NCBI GenBank assembly: GCA_964016885.1
Contig: OZ024740.1
Coordinates: 438,898,001 to 438,962,000, forward strand
Source of the DNA: Eledone cirrhosa
Taxonomy: Eukaryota
DNA: 64,000 nt
Direction of reading: 5' to 3'
Made by a program: the position numbers and the translations under genes. The notes beneath the pieces were generated by a model. It saw only the letters and a list, made by a program, of their open reading frames with translations, was not told the origin of the DNA and searched no databases. Of the stretch, positions 44,301-58,500 are shown piece by piece. Position 1 is the first letter of the stretch, and each line of letters begins with the position of its first letter.

Positions 44301-47300
44301 TACACTTCATAACTGTACATAGACAGTATGGTATGGTACACTTCACAACTGTACATAGACTGTATGGTATGCTGAACTTCACAACTGTACATAGACGTAT
44401 CGTATGGTACACTTTACAACTGTACATAGACGGTATGGTATGGTACACTTCACAACTGTACATAGACAGTGTGGTATCGTACACTTGTCAACTGTACATA
44501 GACAGTATGGTATGGGACACTCCGCAAGTGTACATAGACTGTAAGGTATGGCACACTTCACAACTGTACATAGACACTATGGTATGGTACACTTCGCAAC
44601 TGTACATAGAGTGTATGGTATGGTACACTTCATAACTGTACATAGACAGTATGGTATGGTACACTTCACAACTGTACATAGACAGTATGGTATGGTACAC
44701 TTCACAACTATACATAGACTGTATTGTATGGTACACTTCACAACTGTACATAGACTGTAAGGTATGGTAAACTTCACAACTGTACATAGACTGTAAGATA
44801 TGGTACACTTCAGAACTGTACATAGACTGTATGGTATGGTACACTTCACAACTGTACATAGACTGTAAGGTATGGTACACTTCACAACTGTACATAGACA
44901 GTATGGTATGGTACACTTAACAACTGTACATAGATTGTATGGAATGTTACACTTAACAACTGTACATAGACTGTATGGTATGGTACACTTCACAACTGTA
45001 CATATATTGTAATGTATGGTACACTTCACAACTGTGCATAGACTGTATAGTATGGTACACATCACAACTGTACATAGACTGTAACGTATGTTACACTTCA
45101 CAACTGTACATAGACAGTATGGTATGGTACACTTCACAACTGTACATAGACAGTATGGTATCGTACACTTTTTAACTGTACATAGACAGTATGGTATGGT
45201 ACACTTCGCAAGTGTACATAGACTGTAAGGTATGGCACACTTCACAACTGTACATTGACACTATGGTATGGTACACTTCGCAACTGTACATAGAGTGTAT
45301 GGTATGGTACACTTCATAACTGTACATAGACAGTATGGTATGGTACACTTCACAACTGTACATAGACAGTATGGTATGGTACACTTCACAACTATACATA
45401 GACTGTATTGTATGGTACACTTCACAACTGTACTTAGACTGTAAGGTATGGTAAACTTCACAACTGTACATAGACTGTAAGATATGGTACACTTCAGAAC
45501 TGTACATAGACTGTATGGTATGGTACACTTCACAACTGTACATAGACTGTAAGGTAATGTACACTTCACAACTGTACATAGACAGTATGGTATGGTACAC
45601 TTCACAACAGTACATAGACAGTAAGTTATGGTACACTTCACAACTGTACATATACAGTATCGTATGGTACACTTCACAACTGTACATAGACAGTATGGTA
45701 TGGTACACTTCACAATTGTACATAGACAGTATGGTATGGTACACTTCACAACTATACATAGACTGTATGGTATGGTACACTTCAGAACTGTCATATACAG
45801 TATGGTATGATACACTTCACGACTGTACATAGACTGTATGGTATGGTACACTTCAGAACTGTACATATACAGTACAGTATGTTACACTTCTCAACTGCAC
45901 ATAGACAGTATGGAATGGTACACTTGACAACTGTACATAGACTGTATGGTATGGTACACTTCACAACTGTACAGGGACAGTACGGTATGGTATGGTACAC
46001 TTCACAACTGTACATAGACTGTAAGGAATGGTAACTTCACAACTGTACATAGACAGTATGGTATGGTACACTTCACAACTGTACATAGACAGTATGGTAT
46101 GGTACACTTCACAACTGTACATAGACTGTATTGTATGGTACACTTTAAAACTGTACATAGACTGTAAGGTATGGTACACTTTAAAACTGTACATAGACTG
46201 TAAGGTATGGTAAACTTCACAACTGTACATAGACAGTATGGTATGGTACACTTCAGAACTCTACATAGACTGTATGTTATAGTACACTTCACAACTCTAC
46301 ATAGACTGTAAGGTATCGTACACTTCACAACTGTACATAGAGAGTATGGTATAGTACACTTCACAACAATACATAGACAGTAAGTTATGGTACACTTCAC
46401 AACTGTTGATATACAGTATCTTATGGTACACTTCACAACTGTACATAGACAGTATGGTATGGTACACTTCAGAAATGTGCATAGACAGTATGGTGTGATA
46501 CACTTCACAACTGTACATAGACAGTATGGTATGGTACACTTTACAACTGTCTATAGACTGTAAGGTATGGAACCCTTCACAACTGTGCATAGACAGTATG
46601 GTATGGTACACTTCACAACTGTACATAGACTGTACGGTATGGTACACTTCACAAGTGTACATAGACTGTATGGTATGGTACACTTCACAACTGTACATAG
46701 AAAATATGGCATGTTACACTTCAAAACTGTACATAGTCTGTATGGTATGGTACACTTCACAACTGTACATAGACTGTAAGGTATAGTACACTTCACAGCT
46801 GTACATAGAATGTATGGTATGGTTCACTTCACAACTGTACATAGACTGTAATGTATGGTACACTTCACAACTGTACATAGACTGTATGGTATGGTACACT
46901 TCACAACTGAACATAGACTGTACGGTATAGTACACTTCACAACTGTACATAGACAGTATGGTACACTTTCACAAGTGTACACAGACTGTACGGTTTGGTA
47001 CTCTTCACAACTGTACATAGACTGTACGGTATGGTACACTTAACAACTGTACATAGATTGTATGGTATGGTACACTTCACAACTGTACAGGGACAGTACG
47101 GTATGGTATGGTACACTTCACAACTCTACATAGACTGTAAGGTATCGTACACTTCACAACTGTACATAGAGAGTATGGTATAGTACACTTCACAACAATA
47201 CATAGACAGTAAGTTATGGTACACTTCACAACTGTTGATATACAGTATCTTATGGTACACTTCACAACTGTACATAGACAGTATGGTATGGTACACTTCA

Positions 47301-50300
47301 GAAATGTGCATAGACAGTATGGTGTGATACACTTCACAACTGTACATAGACAGTATGGTATGGTACACTTTACAACTGTCTATAGACTGTAAGGTATGGA
47401 ACCCTTCACAACTGTGCATAGACAGTATGGTATGGTACACTTCACAACTGTACATAGACTGTACGGTATGGTACACTTCACAAGTGTACATAGACTGTAT
47501 GGTATGGTACACTTCACAACTGTACATAGAAAATATGGCATGTTACACTTCAAAACTGTACATAGTCTGTATGGTATGGTACACTTCACAACTGTACATA
47601 GACTGTAAGGTATAGTACACTTCACAGCTGTACATAGAATGTATGGTATGGTTCACTTCACAACTGTACATAGACTGTAATGTATGGTACACTTCACAAC
47701 TGTACATAGACTGTATGGTATGGTACACTTCACAACTGAACATAGACTGTACGGTATAGTACACTTCACAACTGTACATAGACAGTATGGTACACTTTCA
47801 CAAGTGTACACAGACTGTACGGTTTGGTACTCTTCACAACTGTACATAGACTGTACGGTATGGTACACTTAACAACTGTACATAGATTGTATGGTATGGT
47901 ACACTTAACAACTGTACATAGACTGTATGGTATGGTACACTTCACAACTGTACATATACTGTAATGTATGGTACACTTCACAACTGTGCCTAGACTGTAT
48001 AGTATGGTACACATCACAACTGTACATAGACTGTAACGTATGGTACACTTCATAACTGTACATAGACAGTATGGTATGGTACAGTTCACAACTGTACATA
48101 TACTGTATGGTATGCTGAACTTCACAACTGTACATAGACGTATCGTATGGTACACTTTACAACTGTACATAGACGGTATGGTATGGTACACTTCACAACT
48201 GTACATAGACAGTGTGGTATCGTACACTTGTCAACTGTACATAGACAGTATGGTACACTCCGCAAGTGTACATAGACCGTAAGGTATGGCACACTTCACA
48301 ACTGTACATAGACACTATGGTATGGTACACTTCGCAACTGTACATAGAGTGTATGGTATGGTACACTTCATAACTGTACATAGACAGTATGGTATGGTAC
48401 ACTTCACAACTGTACATAGACAGTATGGTATGGTACACTTCACAACTATACATAGACTGTATTGTATGGTACACTTCACAACTGTACATAGACTGTAAGG
48501 TATGGTAAACTTCACAACTGTACATAGACTGTAAGATATGGTACACTTCAGAACTGTACATAGACTGTATGGTATGGTACACTTCACAACTGTACATAGA
48601 CTGTAAGGTATGGTACACTTCACAACTGTACATAGACAGTATGGTATGGTACACTTCACAACAGTACATAGACAGTAAGTTATGGTACACTTCACAACTG
48701 TACATATACAGTATCGTATGGTACACTTCACAACTGTACATAGACAGTATGGTATGGTACACTTCACAACTCTACATAGACAGTATGGTATGTTACACTT
48801 CACAACTGTACATAGACTGTATGGTATGGTACACTTCAGAACTGTCATATACAGTATGGTATGATACACTTCACGACTGTACATAGACTGTATGGTATGG
48901 TACACTTCAGAACTGTACATATACAGTACAGTATGGTACACTTCTCAACTGCACATAGACAGTATGGAATGGTACACTTGACAACTGTACATAGACAGTA
49001 TGGTATGGTACACTTCACAACTGTACATAGACAGTATGGTATGGTACACTTCACAACTGTACATAGACAGTATAGTATGGTACACTTGACAAATGTACAT
49101 AGACTGTATTGTATGGTACACTTTAAAACTGTACATAGACTGTAAGGTATGGTACATTTTAAAACTGTACATAGACTGTAAGGTATGGTAAACTTCAAAA
49201 CTGTACATAGACAGTATGGTATGGTACACTTCAGAACTCTACATAGACTGTATGTTATGGTACACTTCACAACTCTACATAGACAGTATGGTATGGTACA
49301 CTTCAGAAATGTGCATAGACAGTATGGTGTGATACACTTCACAACTGTACATAGACAGTATGGTATGGTACACTTTACAACTGTCTATAGACTGTAAGGT
49401 ATGGAACCCTTCACAACTGTGCATAGACAGTATGGTATGGTACACTTCACAACTGTACATAGACTGTACGGTATGGTACATTTCACAAGTGTACATAAAC
49501 TGTATGGTATGGTACACTTCACAACTGTACATAGAAAATATGGCATGTTACACTTCAGAACTGTACATAGACTGTAAGGTATAGTACACTTCCCAGCTGT
49601 ACATAGAATGTATGGTATGGTTCACTTCACAACTGTACATAGACTGTAATGTATGGTACACTTCACAACTGTACATAGACTGTATGGTATGGTACACTTC
49701 ACAACTGAACATAGAGTGTACGGTATAGTACACTTCACAACTGTACATAGACAGTATGGTACACTTTCACAAGTGTACACAGACTGTACGGTTTGGTACA
49801 CTTCACAACTGTACATAGACTGTACGGTATGGTACACTTAACAACTGTACATAGATTGTATGGTATGGTACACTTAACAACTGTACATAGACTGTATGGT
49901 ATGGTACACTTCACAACTGTACATATACTGTAATGTATGGTACACTTCACAACTGTGCCTAGACTGTATAGTATGGTACACATCACAACTGTACATAGAC
50001 TGTAACGTATGGTACACTTCATAACTGTACATAGACAGTATGGTATGGTACACTTCACAACTGTACATAGACTGTATGGTATGCTGAACTTCACAACTGT
50101 ACATAGACGTATCGTATGGTACACTTTACAACTGTACATAGACGGTATGGTATGGTACACTTCACAACTGTACATAGACAGTGTGGTATCGTACACTTGT
50201 CAACTGTACATAGACAGTATGGTATGGGACACTCCGCAAGTGTACATAGACTGTAAGGTATGGCACACTTCACAACTGTACATAGACACTATGGTATGGT

Positions 50301-50630
50301 ACACTTCGCAACTGTACATAGAGTGTATGGTATGGTACACTTCATAACTGTACATAGACAGTATGGTATGGTACACTTCACAACTGTACATAGACAGTAT
50401 GGTATGGTACACTTCACAACTATACATAGACTGTATTGTATGGTACACTTCACAACTGTACATAGAGTGTAAGGTATGGTAAACTTCACAACTGTACATA
50501 GACTGTAAGATATGGTACACTTCAGAACTGTACATAGACTGTATGGTATGGTACACTTCACAACTGTACATAGACTGTAAGGTATGGTACACTTCACAAC
50601 TATACATAGACAGTATGGTATGGTACACTT
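39234..50630. repeat. Tandem HOR with a 5,717-bp offset (5,712 after a 5-bp deletion): about 39234-44918 and 44951-50630
   Basis: ORF pairs 39798/45515, 40580/46297 and 42049/47766 differ by 5,717. Pairs 43133/48845 and 44023/49735 differ by 5,712. One TATGG is lost at about 48250. Confidence 0.9.
40575..42185. repeat. 829-bp tandem duplication, itself copied at about 46290-47900
   Basis: ORF pairs 40809/41638, 40997/41826 and 41138/41967, and again 46526/47355. Confidence 0.9.
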
Positions 50631-53600
50631 CACAACAGTACATAGACAGTAAGTTATGGTACACTTCACAACTGTACATATACAGTATCGTATGGTACAC
50701 TTCACAACTGTACATAGACAGTATGGTATGGTACACTTCACAACGCTACATAGACAGTATGGTATGTTACACTTCACAACTGTACATAGACTGTATGGTA
50801 TGGTACACTTCAGAACTGTCATATACAGTATGATATGATACACTTCACGACTGTACATAGACTGTATGGTATGGTACACTTCAGAACTGTACATATACAG
50901 TACAGTATGGTACACTTCTCAACTGCACATAGACAGTATGGAATGGTACACTTGACAACTGTACATAGACTGTATGGTATGGTACACTTCACAACTATAC
51001 AGAGACAGTAGGGTATGGTATGGTACACTTCACAACTGTACATAGACAGTATGGTATTGTACACTTGACAAATGTACATAGACTGTATTGTATGGCACAC
51101 TTTAAAACTGTACATAGACTGTAAGGTATGATACACTTTAAAACTGTACATAGACTGTAAGGTATGGTAAACTTCACAACTGTACATAGACAGTATGGTA
51201 TGGTACACTTCAGAACTCTACATAGACTGTATGTTATGGTACACTTCACAACTCTACATAGACTGTAAGGTATCGTACACTTCACAACTGTACATAGAGA
51301 GTATGGTATAGTACACTTCACAAAAGTACATAGACAGTAAGTTATGGTACACTTCACAACTGTTCATATACAGTATCTTATGGTACACTTCACAACTGTA
51401 CATAGACAGTATGGTATGGTACACTTCAGAAATGTGCATAGACAGTATGGTGTGATACACTTCACAACTGTACATAGACAGTATGGTATGGTACACTTTA
51501 CAACTGTCTATAGACTGTAAGGTATGGAACCCTTCACAACTGTGCATAGACAGTATGGTATGGTACACTTCACAACTGTGCATAGACTGTAAGGTATGGT
51601 ACACTTCACAAGTGTACATAGACTGTATGGTATGGTACACTTCACAACTGTACATAGACAATATGGCATGTTACACTTCAGAACTGTACATAGACGGTAT
51701 GGTATGGTACACTTCACAATTGTACATAGACTGTATGGTATGGTGAACTTCACAACTGTACATAGACGTATGGTATGGTACACTTTACAACTGTACATAG
51801 ACGGTATGGTATCGTACACTTCACAACTGTACATAGACAGTATAGTATCGTACACTTTTCAACTGTACATAGACAGTATTTTATGGTACACTTCGCAAGT
51901 GTACATAGACTGTAAGTTATGGCACACTTCACAACTGTACATAGACACTATGGTATGGTACACTTCGAAACTGTACATAGACTGTAAGGTATGGTACACT
52001 CCACAACTGTACATAGACAGTCTGGTATGGTACACTTCACAACAGTACATAGACAGTAAGTTCGGGTACAATTCACAACTCTACATATACAGTATGGTAT
52101 GGTACACCTCACAACTGTACATAGACAGTATGGTATGGTACACTTCACAACTGCACATAGACTGTATGGTATGGTACACTTCACAGCTGTATATAAACTG
52201 TAAGGTATGGTACACTTCACAACTGTATATAGACTGTAAGGCATGGTAAACTTCACAACTGTACATAGACAGTATGATGTGGTACACTTCACAACTGTAC
52301 ATAGACAGTATGGTATGGTACACTTCGCAAGTGTACATAGACTGTAAGGTATGGTACACTTCACAACTGTACATAGACACTATGGTATGGTACACTTCGC
52401 AACTGTACATAAACTGTATGGTATGGTACACTTCACAATTGTACATAGACAGTATAGTATGGTACACTTCACAACTGTACATAGACAGTATGGTATGGTA
52501 CACTTCACAACTGTACATAGACTGTAAGGTATGGTACACTTCACAGCTGTACATAGACTGTATCGTATGGTACACTTCACAATGTACATAGACAGTATGG
52601 AATGGTACACTTGACAACTGTACATAGACTGTAAGGTATGGTAACTTCACAACTGTACATAGACAGTATGGTATGGTACACTTCACAACTGTACATAGAC
52701 AGTATGGTATGGTACACTTCACAACTGTACATAGACTGTATTGTATGGTACACTTTAAAACTGTACATAGACTGTAAGGTATGGTACACTTCAAAACTGT
52801 ACATAGACTGTAAGGTATGGTACACTTCACAACTGTACATAGACAGTATGGTATGGTACACTTCAGAACTCTACATAGACTGTATGTTATGGTACACTTC
52901 ACAACTCTACATAGACTGTAAGGTATCGTACACTTCACAACTGTACATAGAGAGTATGGTATAGTACACTTCACAACAGTACATAGACAGTAAGTTATGG
53001 TACACTTCACAACTGTTCATAGACAGTATCTTATGGTACACTTCACAACTGTACATAGACAATATGGTATGGTACACTTCAGAAATGTGCATAGACAGTA
53101 TGGTGTGATACACTTCACAACTGTACATAGACAGTATGGTATGGTACACTTTACAACTGTCTATAGACTGTAAGGTATGGAACCCTTCACAACTGTGCAT
53201 AGACAGTATGGTATGGTACACTTCACAACTGTACATAGACAATATGGCATGTTACACTTCAGAACTGTACATAGTCTGTATGGTATGGTACACTTCACAA
53301 CTGTACATAGACTGTAAGGTATAGTACACTTCACAGCTGTACATAGAATGTATGGTATGGTTCACTTCACAACTGTACATAGACTGTAATGTATGGTACA
53401 CTTCACAACTGTACATAGACTGTATGGTATGGTACACTTCACAACTGAACATAGACTGTACGGTATAGTACACTTCACAACTGTACATAGACAGTATGGT
53501 ACACTTCACAACTGTACATAGACTGTACGGTATGGTACACTAAGCAACTGTACATAGATTGTATGGTATGGTACACTTAACAACTGTACATAGACTGTAT

Positions 53601-55331
53601 GGTATGGTACACTTCACAACTGTACATATACTGTAATGTATGGTACACTTCACAACTGTGCCTAGAGTGTATAGTATGGTACACATCACAACTGTACATA
53701 GACAGTATGGTATGGTACACTTCCCAACTGTACATAGACTGTATGGTATGGTGAACTTCACAACTGTACATAGACGTATGGTATGGTACACTTCACAACT
53801 GTACACAGACAGTATGGTATCGTACACTTTTCAACTGTACATAGACAGTATGGTATGGTACACTTCGCAAGTGTACATAGACTGTAAGGTATGGCACACT
53901 TTACAACTGTACATAGACACTATGGTATGGTACACTTCGAAACTGTACATAGACTGTATGGTATGGTACACTTCATAACTGTACATAGACAGTATGGTAT
54001 GGTACACTTCAAAACTGTACATAGACAGTATGGTATGGTACACTTCACAACTATACATAGACTGTATTGTATGGTACACTTCACAACTGTACATAGACTG
54101 TAAGGTATGTTAAACTTCACAACTGTACATAGACTGTAAGATATGGTACACTTCAGAATTGTACATAGACTGTATGATATGGTACACTTCACAACTGTAC
54201 ATAGACTGTAAGGTATGGTACACTCCACAACTGTACATAGACAGTATGGTATGGTACACTTCACAACAGTACATAGACAGTAAGTTCGGGTACTCTTCAC
54301 AACTGTACATATACAGTATCGTATGGTACACTTCACAACTGTACATAGACAGTATGGTATGGTACACCTCACACCTGATCATAGACTGTATGGTATGGTA
54401 CACTTCACAGCTGTATATAAACTGTAAGGTATGGTACACTTCACAACTGTACATAGACTGTAAGGCATGGTAAACTTCACAACTGTACATAGACTGTATG
54501 GTATTGTACACTTCACAACTGTACATAGACTGTAAGGTATGGTACACTTCACAACTGTACATAGACTGTAAGGCTTGGTACACTTCAGAACTGTACATAG
54601 ACAGTATGACGTGGTACACTTCACAACTGTACATAGACAGTATGGTATGGTACACTTCGCAAGTGTACATAGACTGTAAGGTATGGTACACTTCACAAAT
54701 GTACATAGACACTATGGTATGGTACACTTCTCAACTGTATATAAACTGTATGTTATGGTACACTTCACAGTTGTACATAGACAGTATAGTATGGTACACT
54801 TCACAACTGTACATAGACAGTATGGTATGGTAAACTTCACAACTGTACATAGACTGTATGGTATGGTACACTTCATAAATGTACATAGACAGTATGGTAT
54901 GGTACACTTCACAAATGTACATAGACATTATGGTATGTTACACTTCACAACTGTACATAGACAGTATCGGATGGTACACTTCACAACTGTGGATAGACTG
55001 TATGGTATGGTACACTTCACAAATGTACATAGACAGTATGGTATGGTACACTCCACAACTGTACATAGACAGTATGGTATGGTACACTTCACAACTGTAC
55101 ATAGACTGTATAGTATGGTACACTTCACAAATGTACATAGACAGTATGGTATGGTACACTTCACAAATGTACATAGACAGATGGTATGGTACACTTCACA
55201 ACTGTACATAGACAGTATGGGATGGTACACTTCACAACTGTACATAGACTGTAAGGTATGTTACACTTCACAAGTGTACATAGACTGTATGGTATAGTAC
55301 ACTTCACAACTGTACATAGACTGTACGGTAT

Positions 55332-55505
55332 GGTACACTTCACAACTGTACATAGACAATATGGCATGTTACACTTCAGAACTGTACATAGTCTGTATGG
55401 TATGGTACACTTCACAACGGTACACTTCACAACTGTACATAGACAATATGGCATGTTACACTTCAGAACTGTACATAGTCTGTATGGTATGGTACACTTC
55501 ACAAC
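55332..55505. repeat. Out-of-register 87-bp tandem duplication (2 monomers plus 15 bp)
   Basis: The junction reads ggtacacttcacaac|ggtacacttcacaac at 55404-55433. The marker caatatggcatgttac is at 55357 and 55444. Confidence 0.9.
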
Positions 55506-58500
55506 TGTACATAGACTGTAAGGTATAGTACACTTCACAGCTGTACATAGAATGTATGGTATGGTTCACTTCACAACTGTACATAGACTGTAATGTATGG
55601 TACACTTCACAACTGTACATAGACTGTATGGTATGGTACACTTCACAACTGTACATAGACTGTATGGTATGGTACACTTCACAACTGAACATAGACTGTA
55701 CGGTATAGTACACTTCACAACTGTACATAGACAGTATGGTACACTTTCACAAGTTTACACAGACTGTACGGTTTGGTACACTTCACAACTGTACATAGAC
55801 TGTACGGTATGGTACACTTAACAACTGTACATAGATAGTATGGTATGATACACTTCACAACTTTACATAGACAGTATGGTATGGTGAACTTCACAACTGT
55901 ACATAGACGTATGGTATGGTACACTTTACAAATGTACATAGACAGTATGGTATGGTACACTTCACAAATGTCTATAGACAGTATGGTATGGTACACTTCG
56001 CAAGTGTACATAGACTGTATGGTATGGTACACTTCACAACTGTACATAGACAGTATGGTATGGTACACTTCACAACTGAACATAGACTGTACGGTATGGT
56101 ACCCTTAACAACTGTACATAGATTGTATGGTATGGTACACTTAACAACTGTACATAGACTGTATGGTATGGTACACTTCACAACTGTACATATACTGTAA
56201 TGTATGGTACACTTCACAACTGTGCATAGACTGTATAGTATGGTACACATCACAACTGTACATAGACAGTATGGTATCGTACACTTTTCAACTGTACATA
56301 GACAGTATGGTATGGTACACTTCGCAAGTGTACATTGACTGTAAGGTATGGCACACTTCACAGCTGTACATAGACACTATAGTATGGTACACATCACAAC
56401 TGTACATAGACTGTAACGTATGGTACACTTCACAACTGTACATAGACAGTATGGTATGGTACACTTCACAACTGTACATAGACTGTATGGTATGGTGAAC
56501 TTCACAACTGTACATAGACGTATGGTATGGTACACTTTACAACTGTACATAGACGGTATGGTATGGTACACTTCACAACTGTACATAGACAGTATGGTAT
56601 CGTACACTTTTCAACTGTACATAGACAGTATGGTATGGTACACTTCGCAAGTGTACATATCCAGTATCGTATGGTACACTTCACAACTGTACATAGACAG
56701 TATGGTATGGTACACATCACAACTGTACATAGACAGTATGGTATGGTACACTTCACAACTGTACATAGACAGTATGGTATGGTACACTTCACAACTGTGC
56801 ATAGACAGTATGGTATGGTACACTTCACAACTATACATAGACTGTATTGTATGGTACACTTCACAACTGTACATAGACTGTAAGGTATGGTAAACTTCAC
56901 AACTGTACATAGACTGTAAGATATGGTAAACTTCAGAACTGTACATAGATTGTATGGTATGGTACACTTCACAACTGTACATAGACTGTATGGTATGGTA
57001 CACATCAGAAATGTACATATACAGTACAGTATGGTACACTTCTCAACTGCACATAGACAGTATGGAATGGTACATTTGACAACTGTACATAGACTGTATG
57101 GTATGGTACACTTCACAACTGTACAGAGACAGTACGGTATGGTATGGTACACTTCACAACTGTACATAGACTGTAAGGTATGTTAACTTCACAACTGTAC
57201 ATAGACAGTAAGGTATGGTACACTTCACAACTGTACATAGACAGTATGGTATGGTACACTTCACAACTGTACATAGACAGTATTGTATGGTACACTTTAA
57301 AACTGTACATAGACTGTAAGGTATGGTACACTTTAAAACTGTACATAGACTGTAAGGTATGATAATCTTCACAAATGTACATAGACAGTATAGTATGGTA
57401 CACTTCAGAAATGTACATAGACTGTAGGGTATCGTACACTTCACAACTGTACATAGAGAGTATGGTATAGTACACTTCACAACAGTACATAGACAGTAAG
57501 TTATGGTACACTTCACAACTGTACATATACAGTATCTTATGGTACACCTCACAACTGTACATAGACTGTATGGTATGGTACAATTCACAACTGTACATAG
57601 ACGGTATGATATGGTACACTTCACAACTGTACATAGAGTGTAAGGTATGGTAACTTCACAACTGTACATAGACAGTATGGTATGGTACACTTCACAACTG
57701 TACAGAGACAGTACGGTATGGTATGGTACACTTCACAACTGTACATAGACTGTAAGGTATGGTAACTTCACAACTGTACATAGACAGTATGGTATGGTAC
57801 ACTTCACAACTGTACATAGACAGTATGGTATGGTACACGTCACAACTGTACATAGACTGTATTGTATGGTACACTTTAAAACTGTACATAGACTGTAAGG
57901 TATGGTACACTTTAAAACTGTACATTGACTGTAAGGTATGGTAAACTTCACAACTGTACATAGACAGTATGGTATGGTACACTTCAGAACTCTACATAGA
58001 CTGTATGTTATGGTACACTTCACAACTCTACATAGATTGTAAGGTATCGTACACTTCACAACTGTACATAGAGAGTATGGTATAGTACACTTCACAACAG
58101 TACATAGACAGTAAATTATGGTACACTTCACAACTGTACATATACAGTATCTTATGGTACACTTCACAACTGTACATAGACAGTATGGTATGGTACACTT
58201 CAGAAATGTGCATAGACAGTATGGTGTGATACACTTCACAACTGTACATAGACAGTATGGTATGGTACACTTCACAACTGTCTATAGACTGTAAGGTGTG
58301 GTACACTTCACAACTGTACATAGACTGTACGGTATGGTACACTTCACAACTGTACATAGACAATATGGCATGTTACACTTCAGAACTGTACATAGTCTGT
58401 ATGGTATGGTACACTTCACAACTGTACATAGACTCTAATGTATGGTACACTTCACAATTGTACATAGACTGTATGGTATGGTACACTTCACAACTGTACA

